DNA of 64,000 nucleotides from a virus (Duplodnaviria; Caudoviricetes): IMG/VR virus record IMGVR_UViG_2918982202_000003; one strand, 5' to 3'. Shown piece by piece: positions 28,194 to 36,916 of this stretch (position 1 is its first letter; each line of letters starts with the position of its first letter). The notes under the pieces were generated by a model. It saw only the letters and a program-made list of their open reading frames with translations, ran no database searches and was not told where the DNA came from. The position numbers and the translations under genes were made by a program.

Positions 28194-28780
28194 CAGCCCC
28201 TCACCGCCCGCCCGCTGTACTGGCTCCGCGGCATCAGCAGCGGCCCGAGCGCGAGGTCGATCGTTTGGAAGGTCGTGCCGGCCGGCGCATTGCCGAAGAA
28301 CTCGACGCGGGCCGAACCGGCACCCGCGCTCTTGATCGCGCCGCCGCGCTTCAGGTCGGGTGCGAGGCTGCCGGGCTTGGCGAGTTCGCGCACCGCCGCT
28401 TCGCAGACTGCGGCGCGCAACTCGCGCGGGATCTCGTTCACCGGCAGGTAGGTGTAGCCCTGATCGTAGGCAGCGCCGGTGTTGGTGTCGAAGTAGGCCG
28501 CGGACCGCCCGTCGTCGGGCACGTAGGTGAAGGCGCCGCGACGGGGCCACTCGAGCGCCTGGGCCCGCCCGCGGCTCGGATAACCGGAGAAACGAGCGCG
28601 GTACGTGGCGTCGATGAAGGCGGTGGCGCGGATCAGGGCCGAATCCCGAGCCGCATCCGTCACGCCGTCGGCCTGCCACGCAGAGAGGCCCTGCGCGGTC
28701 GCATAGGCCGCCGCGTCGTCGAGGCTGACGTAGCTCTGCGCATCGGCCCGGCCGGCGCCGTCTTCAACGACGAGCGTCAT
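28193..28780 (-). CDS. Head-tail connector (DnaT-like phage family)
   Basis: LVVEDG...SYVSL...ALIRATAFID...QALEWPR...IPRELRAAVCEAA. Confidence 0.8.
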   Translation of the reverse strand: MTLVVEDGAGRADAQSYVSLDDAAAYATAQGLSAWQADGVTDAARDSALIRATAFIDATYRARFSGYPSRGRAQALEWPRRGAFTYVPDDGRSAAYFDTNTGAAYDQGYTYLPVNEIPRELRAAVCEAAVRELAKPGSLAPDLKRGGAIKSAGAGSARVEFFGNAPAGTTFQTIDLALGPLLMPRSQYSGRAVRG

Positions 28781-29370
28781 CAGTCGGCCGCCCGCGCTTC
28801 GTCGATGGCGGCCTGCGCTTCGGCCTCGTTGGCGAAGCCCTTCGACACGCGGTCATCGCCGCGCATCACGTACCAGCGCCCTCCGGGGCCTTTGCCGACA
28901 CGCAGGGGCTCGGGATCTTCCTCGGGCGGCGGGGACGGATCGTCAGCGACCTCCTGCGCCTCGCGCTCGGCGCCGTCCAGCGCTGCCGCCTGCTGCTGCC
29001 CCAGGACCTCGCGCTGGCGAGCCTCGTAGGCCGCACGCTCGCGCTGGTCGTCTTCGTAGGCGGCCTCGGCTGCATCGAGTTCGAACCCGAGCGCCTGAAC
29101 GACCGCCAACCTCTCGGCCGCGGGCAATTCGTCGAACGGCAGCCCCTCAGCGCGACGCCGGAAGCCGACCATGCGCAGGCACAGCGCCGCGGCGGCGTCG
29201 CGCAGGGCCGGGTCGAGCGCAGCTGGCACGATGGCGCGCCGGATCTGCGCCGGGTCGAAGTCCTCGCCCTGCTCAGTGTGCAGCTCGTGCTGTCCGGCGT
29301 CGAAGTCGGCGGCGTTAATGGTGACGAAGCCCAGCACGGGGTGCGTCACGCGGACGGTCGGAATGCGCAT
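28780..29370 (-). CDS. Phage hypothetical protein (head module)
   Basis: PTVRV...INAADFD N-terminus; GGAGC-type spacing in the late operon. Confidence 0.6.
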   Translation of the reverse strand: MRIPTVRVTHPVLGFVTINAADFDAGQHELHTEQGEDFDPAQIRRAIVPAALDPALRDAAAALCLRMVGFRRRAEGLPFDELPAAERLAVVQALGFELDAAEAAYEDDQRERAAYEARQREVLGQQQAAALDGAEREAQEVADDPSPPPEEDPEPLRVGKGPGGRWYVMRGDDRVSKGFANEAEAQAAIDEARAAD

Positions 29371-29430
29371 GCGGGCCTCGCGATGTCATAAAGCAGGGCC
29401 CCTCCCGGCGATCGGGAGGGGCGGAGCGGT

Positions 29431-29886
29431 TCAGCCGCGCGACCAGCCGGCGCGCAGGTAGTCGCCTTCCATGTCCGGATGGACATCGGTGGTGACGACC
29501 TCGCCGGGCTTGTCCGGAGTGGTGCGGGTCAGGCGAACGGTCGGGCCGTCGTAGTCGGCCGGGATGCCCGGCAACGGTTGCGGGTTGGCCGGATCGTTGC
29601 CGCGCTTCACCGCCATCACGTCGCCCGCGGGCGTGTCGGCGGGGACGTGCGGGGCGATGACACCGGCCTCACCGACGGTCTTCAGCCCGCCGTCCGGCTC
29701 GCCGCCCTGCGCCTCGGCCGCACGAGCGCGGGCGTTGTCCGCCTCCTGCTCGGCCTTGTCGGCACGCTTCTCGGCGGCGGTGCGATCGTCGCGCTCGGCC
29801 TTCTCGCGCGCCTCCTGCGCCTTCTCCTCCGCCTCGTGAGCCTCGGCAGCCGCGCGGGCGGCGTCGTTCTGGTCGGTTCCGGCCAT
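29431..29886 (-). CDS. Phage hypothetical protein (head module)
   Basis: Ala/Glu-rich N-terminus, C-terminal DVHPDMEGDYLRAGW; GGAGG RBS. Confidence 0.6.
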   Translation of the reverse strand: MAGTDQNDAARAAAEAHEAEEKAQEAREKAERDDRTAAEKRADKAEQEADNARARAAEAQGGEPDGGLKTVGEAGVIAPHVPADTPAGDVMAVKRGNDPANPQPLPGIPADYDGPTVRLTRTTPDKPGEVVTTDVHPDMEGDYLRAGWSRG

Positions 29887-29975
29887 GATGGCCTCCTGTG
29901 TCGAAGTGATCGGGGACAGTCCTGAGAGCCGCCCAGGAACGGTGCGGGCCGGCGCGAAGCCGGCCAGCGTCAGGA

Positions 29976-31142
29976 TCAGCCCATCAGGAGGGCGATGTGC
30001 TCGGGGTTCGGTGCCGCGACGCCCCAGGACAGGGCCACCTCGAAGCGCACTTGTCGGTACATGTCGTAGACCCCAACATCGAAGGCGATGCCGGAGAACT
30101 CATCGACGATGATCTGGTGCACGCCGCCGTCGCCGTAAGTGCCGTCCAGGCGCTTCGGCAGCGCGGGCGCGCGGGTGGCGAGCACGAGGCCGTCCGAGGT
30201 GAACGCGATGTTCGGGGTGAAGCTCGCGCCGATGGTGACGGTGTCGTTGGCCGCATGCGCCTGCTTCAGGCCGGGGCTCTGGATCACCACGGTGCCCGGC
30301 GCCGAGACGCCGGAGGCGACCACGTAGCGGTTGTTGTCGCCCGCCAGGGTGATGACGTCGCCGGGGTTCACCGTGCCGGAGCCGGTGGCGAGCGCCAGCG
30401 TGCGGGTGCCGACCGGGTAGGAGCCCGCGCCGAGCACGTAGCCGGAGCCGGTGCCCTTCACGACCTGCTTGATGCCGGGCGAGTAGCCGATGTTGAAGCC
30501 CTGGACCTCGCCGACCTTGCCGCGGCGCAGGGTCTCGTCGGTGCCGGCCTCGTTCACCTTGAACAGGACCGACTGCTTGCCCCGGAGGTTGGCCATGGAG
30601 TCGGAGCTGACGACCATGCTGCGCGGCGCGGCGGGTGCGCCGTTCTCGTCGAGCACCTTGGCGGCCTGGGCGAAGTCGCTGAGGTCGCCTGCGGTGCCGA
30701 ACGGTGCGGTGCCGGGGGTGCCGGCGGCGCGGCTGGCATTGCGGTAGGCGATCAGCGCAAGATCCTGCTCGACCTCGTTGACGGCCGCGCGGAACGCCTG
30801 CTGGAACTGCATGCGCAGGATCGGCGGCAGCATGGCGCCGCTGTTCTCCAGCGCAAGCTGCTCCTCACCGTTCCACTTGATCGGGAACGCGCGGGACTTG
30901 GTGATGGTCAGGTCGACGTTGCCGAAGATCTGGTCGCCATCGTTCGGCGGGGTGACGCCCGGCACGATGTCGGCGCCGATGATCGGCGGGACGATCGGCA
31001 CGGTGACCTTCTGGCCGAGGGCCGCGCGGGTGAAGTTGCCGTTGTCCCGCTGCACGCCGGGGATGAAGCCGACGAATTCGCGGGAGACGGAGTTCAGCGC
31101 CTCGTACAGAGGCGCGACAAGAGAGCCGAGGGTATTCGCCAT
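29976..31142 (-). CDS. Major capsid protein (P22 coat-like, HK97 fold)
   Basis: 388 aa after the scaffold; GQKVTVP, LTITKSRAFP, LRRGKVGEVQGF, FEVALSWGV. Confidence 0.88.
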   Translation of the reverse strand: MANTLGSLVAPLYEALNSVSREFVGFIPGVQRDNGNFTRAALGQKVTVPIVPPIIGADIVPGVTPPNDGDQIFGNVDLTITKSRAFPIKWNGEEQLALENSGAMLPPILRMQFQQAFRAAVNEVEQDLALIAYRNASRAAGTPGTAPFGTAGDLSDFAQAAKVLDENGAPAAPRSMVVSSDSMANLRGKQSVLFKVNEAGTDETLRRGKVGEVQGFNIGYSPGIKQVVKGTGSGYVLGAGSYPVGTRTLALATGSGTVNPGDVITLAGDNNRYVVASGVSAPGTVVIQSPGLKQAHAANDTVTIGASFTPNIAFTSDGLVLATRAPALPKRLDGTYGDGGVHQIIVDEFSGIAFDVGVYDMYRQVRFEVALSWGVAAPNPEHIALLMG

Positions 31143-31297
31143 GACGGCCGATCCTTCGTGATGGGGGAGGGACTGAGGGGATGGGCCGTCCAGCCCGGGC
31201 GCCGTGCCTCATCCGAGGCGATGGCCGTGCACGACGCGCGTGCGTGGTGGTGGTGCAGAGGCGCTGGCATCCGCCGAGCGCCCGCGCGAAAGGGGCG

Positions 31298-32104
31298 TCA
31301 GGGAACGATGGTCGGGCGATCCTTGCCGGACATCGTCTTCGCCTGATCCATCGGGTTCAGGGCGTCGAACTGCGCCTGCGTCATGGTTTTGCCGCCGGCG
31401 CCGTTGCCGCCGTGGTTCGGACGCGCGCCGGAGCCCGAGGAGCCGGAACCCTTCAGGATGTTGTCCCGGTAGGCGTAGGCGTCGACCATCTGCTCGAGCG
31501 CCTCCTCGAAGCCGGCGACCTCGCCGGGCTTGGAGCGGGAATAGAGCTTGTTGCCGGAAGGGTCGTAGCCGACCACGCCGCCGTCCTCGACCTTGAAGCG
31601 GCTGCCGAACAGCGCCTGCAACATGTCGGCCGGCACCGCGCTCTTGTCGTTGATGAACTTGGAGCGGGAGAACGCGCCGCCGACTTTCTCGGCGAACAGG
31701 GACTCGCGGAAGCTGTCCCGCTCGCCCGTAAGCTTCTTGATCTCCTCGCCGCTGGCACGCGCCGCGTCGGAGACCTGCTTCTCGGCGGCGAGCCGGGCTT
31801 CGCGCTTGATCTCCTCGACCTTGTCGGCCTTCACGAGGTCGCCGGCCGAGAGGTTCTTGACCGTGTCCAGCGCCTGCCGGGCAGCGGCGGCATCCTCGAT
31901 GCCCTCGAACCCCTTCAGGGTCGCCTCGGCCTTCTCCGCCCGCTCCCGGTGGCTCTTGGCCTCGCCGTTGAGCCGCGTGATGGTCGTGACGGTGTGGGCC
32001 GCGTCGAACGCGACGTCCTTGCCGTCGTCGCCGACGAACACGGGCTTGCCGTCCGACACCTCCGCATAGGTGGTGCCGTTCACGTCGATGGTCTTGAGCT
32101 TCAT
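31298..32104 (-). CDS. Capsid scaffolding protein (DUF6651-like)
   Basis: MKLKTIDVNGTTYAEVSDGKPVFV...LNGEAKSHRE...FSRSKFI...GSGSSGSG. Confidence 0.82.
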   Translation of the reverse strand: MKLKTIDVNGTTYAEVSDGKPVFVGDDGKDVAFDAAHTVTTITRLNGEAKSHRERAEKAEATLKGFEGIEDAAAARQALDTVKNLSAGDLVKADKVEEIKREARLAAEKQVSDAARASGEEIKKLTGERDSFRESLFAEKVGGAFSRSKFINDKSAVPADMLQALFGSRFKVEDGGVVGYDPSGNKLYSRSKPGEVAGFEEALEQMVDAYAYRDNILKGSGSSGSGARPNHGGNGAGGKTMTQAQFDALNPMDQAKTMSGKDRPTIVP

Positions 32105-32190
32105 GGCGGTGGTCCTCGGGCATCCGCCCGTTCAGGGGTCATCCGACCCGGGCGCCGCGGCCTGTCCTGGCGCGCGGCTGGTGGGCCTGC

Positions 32191-32350
32191 CTATTCCGGC
32201 AGGAAGCTGCTGCGCCGCGCGAGGCGGATGCGGGTGATGCGAAGCCCTTCGCCCGGCTCGCCATCCATGCTGGTGACGAGCACGAGGCCGAGGGGGCCGA
32301 GGAGGCGGTCGATGGCGAAGAGTGCTCGCTGGATGCGGGGCGAGTAGCGC
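32191..32350 (-). CDS. Small hypothetical protein
   Basis: MRYSPRIQRALFAIDRLLGPLGLVLV...; GGAGG upstream. Confidence 0.4.
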
Positions 32351-32351
32351 A

Positions 32352-32663
32352 TCACGCCTCCATCGCCCGGCGGATACGGGTCTCGTCGGCGGTGAGCGGG
32401 TTGCGCTTCCAGTTGCGCCACCGGCGGAAGGTGCTGCCCCAGACGGCGGGCGTGGTCAGGTAGTGGAGGGTGCCGCGGCCGGTGAGCGACTGCATGCCCC
32501 CATGCCGAACGGCATAGCCATTGGCGACGAGGTGATCGCGCGACGACTTGCTCGCGAGGTTGCCGTCCCAAACCATGCCGCAGGCGAACAGCTGCGTGGC
32601 GACGTCGAGATCGCCGTTGTTCCAGCCGTTCGAAGCGCGTGGCTCGCGTCGGATCATGCGCAT
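32352..32663 (-). CDS. Hypothetical protein (possible winged helix)
   Basis: DGNLASKSSRDHLVANGY...SLTGRG pattern. Confidence 0.55.
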   Translation of the reverse strand: MRMIRREPRASNGWNNGDLDVATQLFACGMVWDGNLASKSSRDHLVANGYAVRHGGMQSLTGRGTLHYLTTPAVWGSTFRRWRNWKRNPLTADETRIRRAMEA

Positions 32664-32770
32664 GTCGGTGCTCCATCGGCCCGCCCCATGGCGGGAGAGG
32701 CCAGACGCGCCCTATGGCGGCCGGCGGGTGACCGCACTACTTGTGCGGGTCTCAGAATTGGGAGGCGCTA

Positions 32771-32992
32771 GTGAGCGGCGACTACTATATCCGCGGTAGG
32801 TACATTTACGGCCCACGCAGCACTGGCGAATATTACATACACAACGATCACATATATGGCCCGCGTGGATATACGGACTATTATATCAGGAATGACTATA
32901 TCTACGGCCCAAAAAGTACGGGCGACTGGTACATTCGTAACGGCTATATCTACAGCACGAACAGCAAACCGCCGCCGTTCATAGAGAGCTAA
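32771..32992 (+). CDS. 73-aa Tyr-rich protein made of four 16-aa repeats, antisense moron
   Basis: GGAGG RBS plus GTG; repeats GDYYIRGRYIYGPRST / GEYYIHNDHIYGPRGY / TDYYIRNDYIYGPKST / GDWYIRNGYIYSTNSK. Confidence 0.75.
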   Translation: MSGDYYIRGRYIYGPRSTGEYYIHNDHIYGPRGYTDYYIRNDYIYGPKSTGDWYIRNGYIYSTNSKPPPFIES

Positions 32993-33216
32993 GCCTCACA
33001 CACGATCGTCGTCCGCCCGTGCCCCGGGCACATAGCGCAGACCTCGAAGAACGTCCCGCCGGTCATCTTGCCGTTCTTAAGGCTGATGTTGCCGCCCTTG
33101 CGGATCCTGGTCGTCGCGTTGCTCGCGACGCCCTCAATGGCCTCGCGGGTCCGGCATTCCCAGGCGAAGTGCTGGACCGGGCGCTGGGGCTTCTCTGCGC
33201 GGCGGGTGTCGGGCAT
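32989..33216 (-). CDS. Hypothetical protein
   Basis: 75-aa ORF containing CAMC. Confidence 0.4.
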   Translation of the reverse strand: MPDTRRAEKPQRPVQHFAWECRTREAIEGVASNATTRIRKGGNISLKNGKMTGGTFFEVCAMCPGHGRTTIVCEA

Positions 33217-33225
33217 GACCGAAAC

Positions 33226-33774
33226 TCAACGCATCTGCCGACGTTCGCACAGGCGGGCCGCCAATTCGTTGGGAATACTCGGCAATACTGTGCGCAACCC
33301 CTTCGCGTTTACATCGTCTATTCGCCCAGCCGCGCGAATTTTTCTGATCGCGTCAGCGTCGTAGCTCAAAAGCTCGATGTGGTACAGAAAAGCATCTTTA
33401 TAGTTTGCCGCCTCGTGCTCGACCGACAGGTGGCTTATTGCTCTAGCGGCATAATCGCTCAAAGGATACTCGGGTCCATAGATGCTGAACCATACAGCCA
33501 TGCCCTCTTCCAGCATAGTTGCTGGCGGCGTACCAATCGGTTCAAGGCAGTGCACTACCTCGTGCGATAGCTGGTACAATCCTTGGCAGATATCTGGATC
33601 CGATCCAAGGTTGAGCCAGATCTTTAGACTGCCGGGACTGCTCGTACAATCCAGTATGGGGCCGCTAGGATGCTCGTGCAGGGTCGGGAGCCCCCACCCC
33701 CGCTCGCGCTCTCCGAAGATTGCCTCAGCCTTGGTCAGGAGCGGCTGAAGAAACGGCTGAAGCTGCAGGTGCAT
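33226..33774 (-). CDS. Zincin metallopeptidase-like accessory protein
   Basis: AGGAGA RBS; LSHEVVHCL (HExxH) plus downstream EEG; AT-richer than flanks. Confidence 0.7.
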   Translation of the reverse strand: MHLQLQPFLQPLLTKAEAIFGERERGWGLPTLHEHPSGPILDCTSSPGSLKIWLNLGSDPDICQGLYQLSHEVVHCLEPIGTPPATMLEEGMAVWFSIYGPEYPLSDYAARAISHLSVEHEAANYKDAFLYHIELLSYDADAIRKIRAAGRIDDVNAKGLRTVLPSIPNELAARLCERRQMR

Positions 33775-33781
33775 TCTCCTA

Positions 33782-33892
33782 CTATGCCGCCAACCCTGCC
33801 TTCCTGAAAGCCCCACGCTCGCGCCGCTTCAGCTCGTCGAGCGCGTATTCCCGGCCGGCCCGGTCCACGAAGCGGTCGATGTTAAGGCCGCC
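33782..33892 (-). pseudogene. Orphan C-terminal remnant resembling a MuF/SPP1-gp7 minor head protein
   Basis: No start codon; reads GGLNIDRFVDRAGREYALDELKRRERGAFRKAGLAA*, like the ends of portal-adjacent MuF proteins as I recall them. Confidence 0.55.
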
Positions 33893-33898
33893 CCTTGA

Positions 33899-34144
33899 TC
33901 AGGCGGCCTTCACCGTGTCGCGTCCGGCCGCCGTAATCGTGAAGCTCTTGTAGTCGTCCGCTATCTCGAGGACGCCGCCGCCGGCCGCCTTCAGCGCGGC
34001 GTAGGTCAGCCCCGGCGGCTCGAGGATGGGGTCGTTCGGTTCGATACGGCCGTGGGCGTCGCCGATCATGCCGCCCTCGCCCTCGGCACGGGCCACCATT
34101 TCGATCGCGTCGCCGTCGGTGTGAAAGTACCAGCGCATGGGCAT
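33899..34144 (-). CDS. Small acidic protein coupled to the metallopeptidase (candidate inhibitor/immunity)
   Basis: 81 aa; ATG overlaps the peptidase TGA. Confidence 0.65.
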   Translation of the reverse strand: MPMRWYFHTDGDAIEMVARAEGEGGMIGDAHGRIEPNDPILEPPGLTYAALKAAGGGVLEIADDYKSFTITAAGRDTVKAA

Positions 34145-35358
34145 CAGGCGCCCCCGATCAGCTTTCGGATGTGAGCGGCCACGCGCGGGAAGCGCGAGGT
34201 CAGGGTCTCAACTCTACCGACCGGCGTGCCGTTGACAAGTTCCGAGAAGGTCTCTGCGAACATTTCGGATGGCCCGGCATCGCCGGGCTGCAGGAAGTAG
34301 CGGTGCTCGCCGTCGCGCGTGCCACCGGTCCTGAGGTATCGCGCGACGTCGGCATCATAGGCGGAGCGAAACGCGGCGGTCCGGCTCTCGTAGCGCCGGG
34401 CATCGTCGTAGGCGTGCCCGATCTCATGGGTCAGGACCGTATCGGCCCGGCCTGTCGGCTGGTACTTGCCCGTTACGCGTAAAAGCGCAGTCTCGCTGAC
34501 GATGACCCGGCGCAGACCTGGGATGTACGCGCCATCGACCTCCTTCCATGTCGATCCCGGCAACCACCCTCGCGGGTGCTGATCGGCCAGGTCTGGCGCC
34601 ACATCTATGAGGCGGGCTGGCGAATGGACCGCGACCTGCGCCTGCCGCAGCGCGCGGCGGACGGGCGGCGGCACCTTCTTCCAGGCTCCTCGAACCTGCG
34701 CGCGGAAGGCGGGCGAGGTGCCGTTGCCGAAGTTCAGATCCTGGTCGCCGGGCTGCGGCCCCTCTGGATCCTTCATACTCCGCGGGCCGCGCGGTCCGTC
34801 GCCCGCCGGAAGTCTCTCGCGTTCAGCTTGGAGGCGGCCCACTCGCATGTCGGCTGCCACGACGCGCATACCGTAGGAGCGACCCTTTGGATGACGCGAG
34901 ACGAACTGCTCGACCGTGATGCCGAGCGGATACTTCTTCGAGGTCCCGAGGCCGATCAGGTAATCGTCCCCGCGGAGAGGACCGGTGACGGTGACGGTGT
35001 GGGCCCGGAAGCCGCCGTCGTTCGGCCGCCAGCCTGCCGCCTCGAACTTGATCCGCCCAGCCTTATGATCCGCCGCCATAACCCGCAGCGCGTAGGCCCG
35101 ACCGCGGGGATGGCTTGAGGCGAACCCCTCGACGGTATCGTGGCCTTGGTACTTCCGGACTCGGCTCGACTGCACTGCGATCCGGTCCTCGCCGGTGACG
35201 CCGCTGTCCTTCAGCCGCTGCGCGCCGACGGTGAGCTTCTTCGGCGCGTCGTCGCCGGCACCTGGCTTGTCGGCGAAGCGCCCGGCCTCGCGGCGTACCT
35301 TGCTCTCGTCGAACTTCGTGTCGCCCCGGCGAGCGGAGCGACGGCGAGGCTTCTTCAC
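34144..35358 (-). CDS. Portal-coupled protein with C-terminal anthrax-lethal-factor-like zinc metallopeptidase domain
   Basis: THEIGHAYD, RYFLQ, SEMFAETF, SRFP motifs; N-terminal FDESKVRREAGRFADK; GTG overlaps the portal stop. Confidence 0.75.
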   Translation of the reverse strand: MKKPRRRSARRGDTKFDESKVRREAGRFADKPGAGDDAPKKLTVGAQRLKDSGVTGEDRIAVQSSRVRKYQGHDTVEGFASSHPRGRAYALRVMAADHKAGRIKFEAAGWRPNDGGFRAHTVTVTGPLRGDDYLIGLGTSKKYPLGITVEQFVSRHPKGRSYGMRVVAADMRVGRLQAERERLPAGDGPRGPRSMKDPEGPQPGDQDLNFGNGTSPAFRAQVRGAWKKVPPPVRRALRQAQVAVHSPARLIDVAPDLADQHPRGWLPGSTWKEVDGAYIPGLRRVIVSETALLRVTGKYQPTGRADTVLTHEIGHAYDDARRYESRTAAFRSAYDADVARYLRTGGTRDGEHRYFLQPGDAGPSEMFAETFSELVNGTPVGRVETLTSRFPRVAAHIRKLIGGA

Positions 35359-36911
35359 CGGGTGCGGTCCAGCATCTCGGGGGCGAACAGGCCTGCGAGA
35401 TCGCCGTCCGTGATGCCCGAGACATCCGGATCCCCATCGCCCTCGTCGATCATGGCGCCGGTCCGCGGATCGATCGCCTCCTCCGGCTCCAGCCCTTCCA
35501 ACTCCTCGGCGAGCTTGCCCTCTTCAACCTCCGGGTCGAAATCCTGCGGCAGCACGTCGAACCGGCGCAGGCCGTCCCAGTAGGTGCGCTGGGAGATGTC
35601 CTTGGCCGTGCGAGCGTCCTTCAGGGCGGTCAGCGGCGCCTGGGCGAATGGCACCACCGAGAAGTCGGTCGAGACGATCACCTCGACGTTGGGCTCCTCG
35701 CCGAGCCACTCGGCGGTGAACACGTAGGCCTGCTCGAACGCGTCCTTCATCCCGATGGCCCAGGCCTGCAAGGCGCTGTGCGCGCGGGCCGCGCCGATGC
35801 TCTCACCGGTTGCCGTCGGCGTTCCGCTGCGCGACGTGGCCGGCTGCATGCCGAGCCGGCGCATGTCGGCGATGATCGATTCGACGTGCTTGCGGATCTG
35901 CTCGATGTTCGAGGCGTCGGGGTTGATGTAGTCCCACGACGGCGTTGAGCCCTCACCGGAGCCGGGCGCGTAGAGGATCGTCTTCGGGCCCACCGCGATG
36001 GCGGCGCCGTCCTGCGGCGCCGCCAAGCCATTCGCCGTCAGCATCGGCGAGGAAGCGAAGGTCAGGATTTCATCCTGTCGAGACAACGCTTGGTACAGCT
36101 CGATCTGGCAGTGGGCGAGTTCCTCAAGCGGGGGCTTCACCCGCAACTCGCCGAGGCGCTCACCCGTGAAGAACAGCACGGCAGGGACCGAGGAGGCGTT
36201 CTTCGGCCCGCGGGCGATGACACCCTGCGCGACCCTCCCCCAATCCTTATTCGAGTCCTGCTCCCAGACCTCCCACTGGCCGGGCTCGTAGACCCGCACG
36301 CGCTCGACCGTGCGCTCCCCGAAGCCGTCGCGTATCGTCACGCTCTCGCGGATCCGGAGATGCTCGATGACCTCGCGCCCGCCGTCCCAGCGCGTGTAGA
36401 GCGCCAGCACGTCGTCGGCCTGGACTTGGATCCAGTAGGGCCGCGCACCGGCTGCCTGCTCCTCGGCGATCGTCAGAGGGCGCTTGGGCTCCAGGCCGTC
36501 CTCGCCCGTGTGCATCGCCGGATAGTCCACGATGATCAGATGGAAGCCTTTGGCGATAGCCTTGGCGAACGTCTCGCGGGCGAATGCGGTCTGGCTGTTG
36601 CCGCGTCCGTCGACATCCTCGGCGAGGCCCTTGATCCGCTCCGAGGCGCCGTCCTTCAGCCCGACGTCCTTGCCGAACGGCTTCGAGGCGAGCGATTGCA
36701 GCGCATCGGCGAATTCGGGCCGCCACGGCGCAACCTGCTTGCGCCGCCGGTACTCTTTGTCGTCCTCGCCCTCGTACTTTGGCAGGTAGGTGGCGCCCTT
36801 CTCACGGATGGCGGCGGCGCCGGCCAGCACGTCGCTGAGCAGCGTCCAGGCCGCCTGCATGGCCTTGCGCTCGCCGGATTGCGCCGACGGGTCGGGCTTC
36901 TGATCGGGCAT
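35355..36911 (-). CDS. Portal protein (DUF4055-like)
   Basis: YLPKYEGEDDKEYRRR...FGKDV...PPLEELA; directly after TerL. Confidence 0.88.
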   Translation of the reverse strand: MPDQKPDPSAQSGERKAMQAAWTLLSDVLAGAAAIREKGATYLPKYEGEDDKEYRRRKQVAPWRPEFADALQSLASKPFGKDVGLKDGASERIKGLAEDVDGRGNSQTAFARETFAKAIAKGFHLIIVDYPAMHTGEDGLEPKRPLTIAEEQAAGARPYWIQVQADDVLALYTRWDGGREVIEHLRIRESVTIRDGFGERTVERVRVYEPGQWEVWEQDSNKDWGRVAQGVIARGPKNASSVPAVLFFTGERLGELRVKPPLEELAHCQIELYQALSRQDEILTFASSPMLTANGLAAPQDGAAIAVGPKTILYAPGSGEGSTPSWDYINPDASNIEQIRKHVESIIADMRRLGMQPATSRSGTPTATGESIGAARAHSALQAWAIGMKDAFEQAYVFTAEWLGEEPNVEVIVSTDFSVVPFAQAPLTALKDARTAKDISQRTYWDGLRRFDVLPQDFDPEVEEGKLAEELEGLEPEEAIDPRTGAMIDEGDGDPDVSGITDGDLAGLFAPEMLDRTR

Positions 36912-36916
36912 GTGGG

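Noticed and set aside
32771-32992. CRISPR-like or non-coding tandem repeat (48-bp period)
   Set aside because: The repeats are conserved only in protein, with no spacers or cas genes.
33782-34144. Stop-codon read-through fusing the 81-aa protein to the MuF-like remnant
   Set aside because: They are in frame, but that has a one-in-three chance and no read-through signal is evident.
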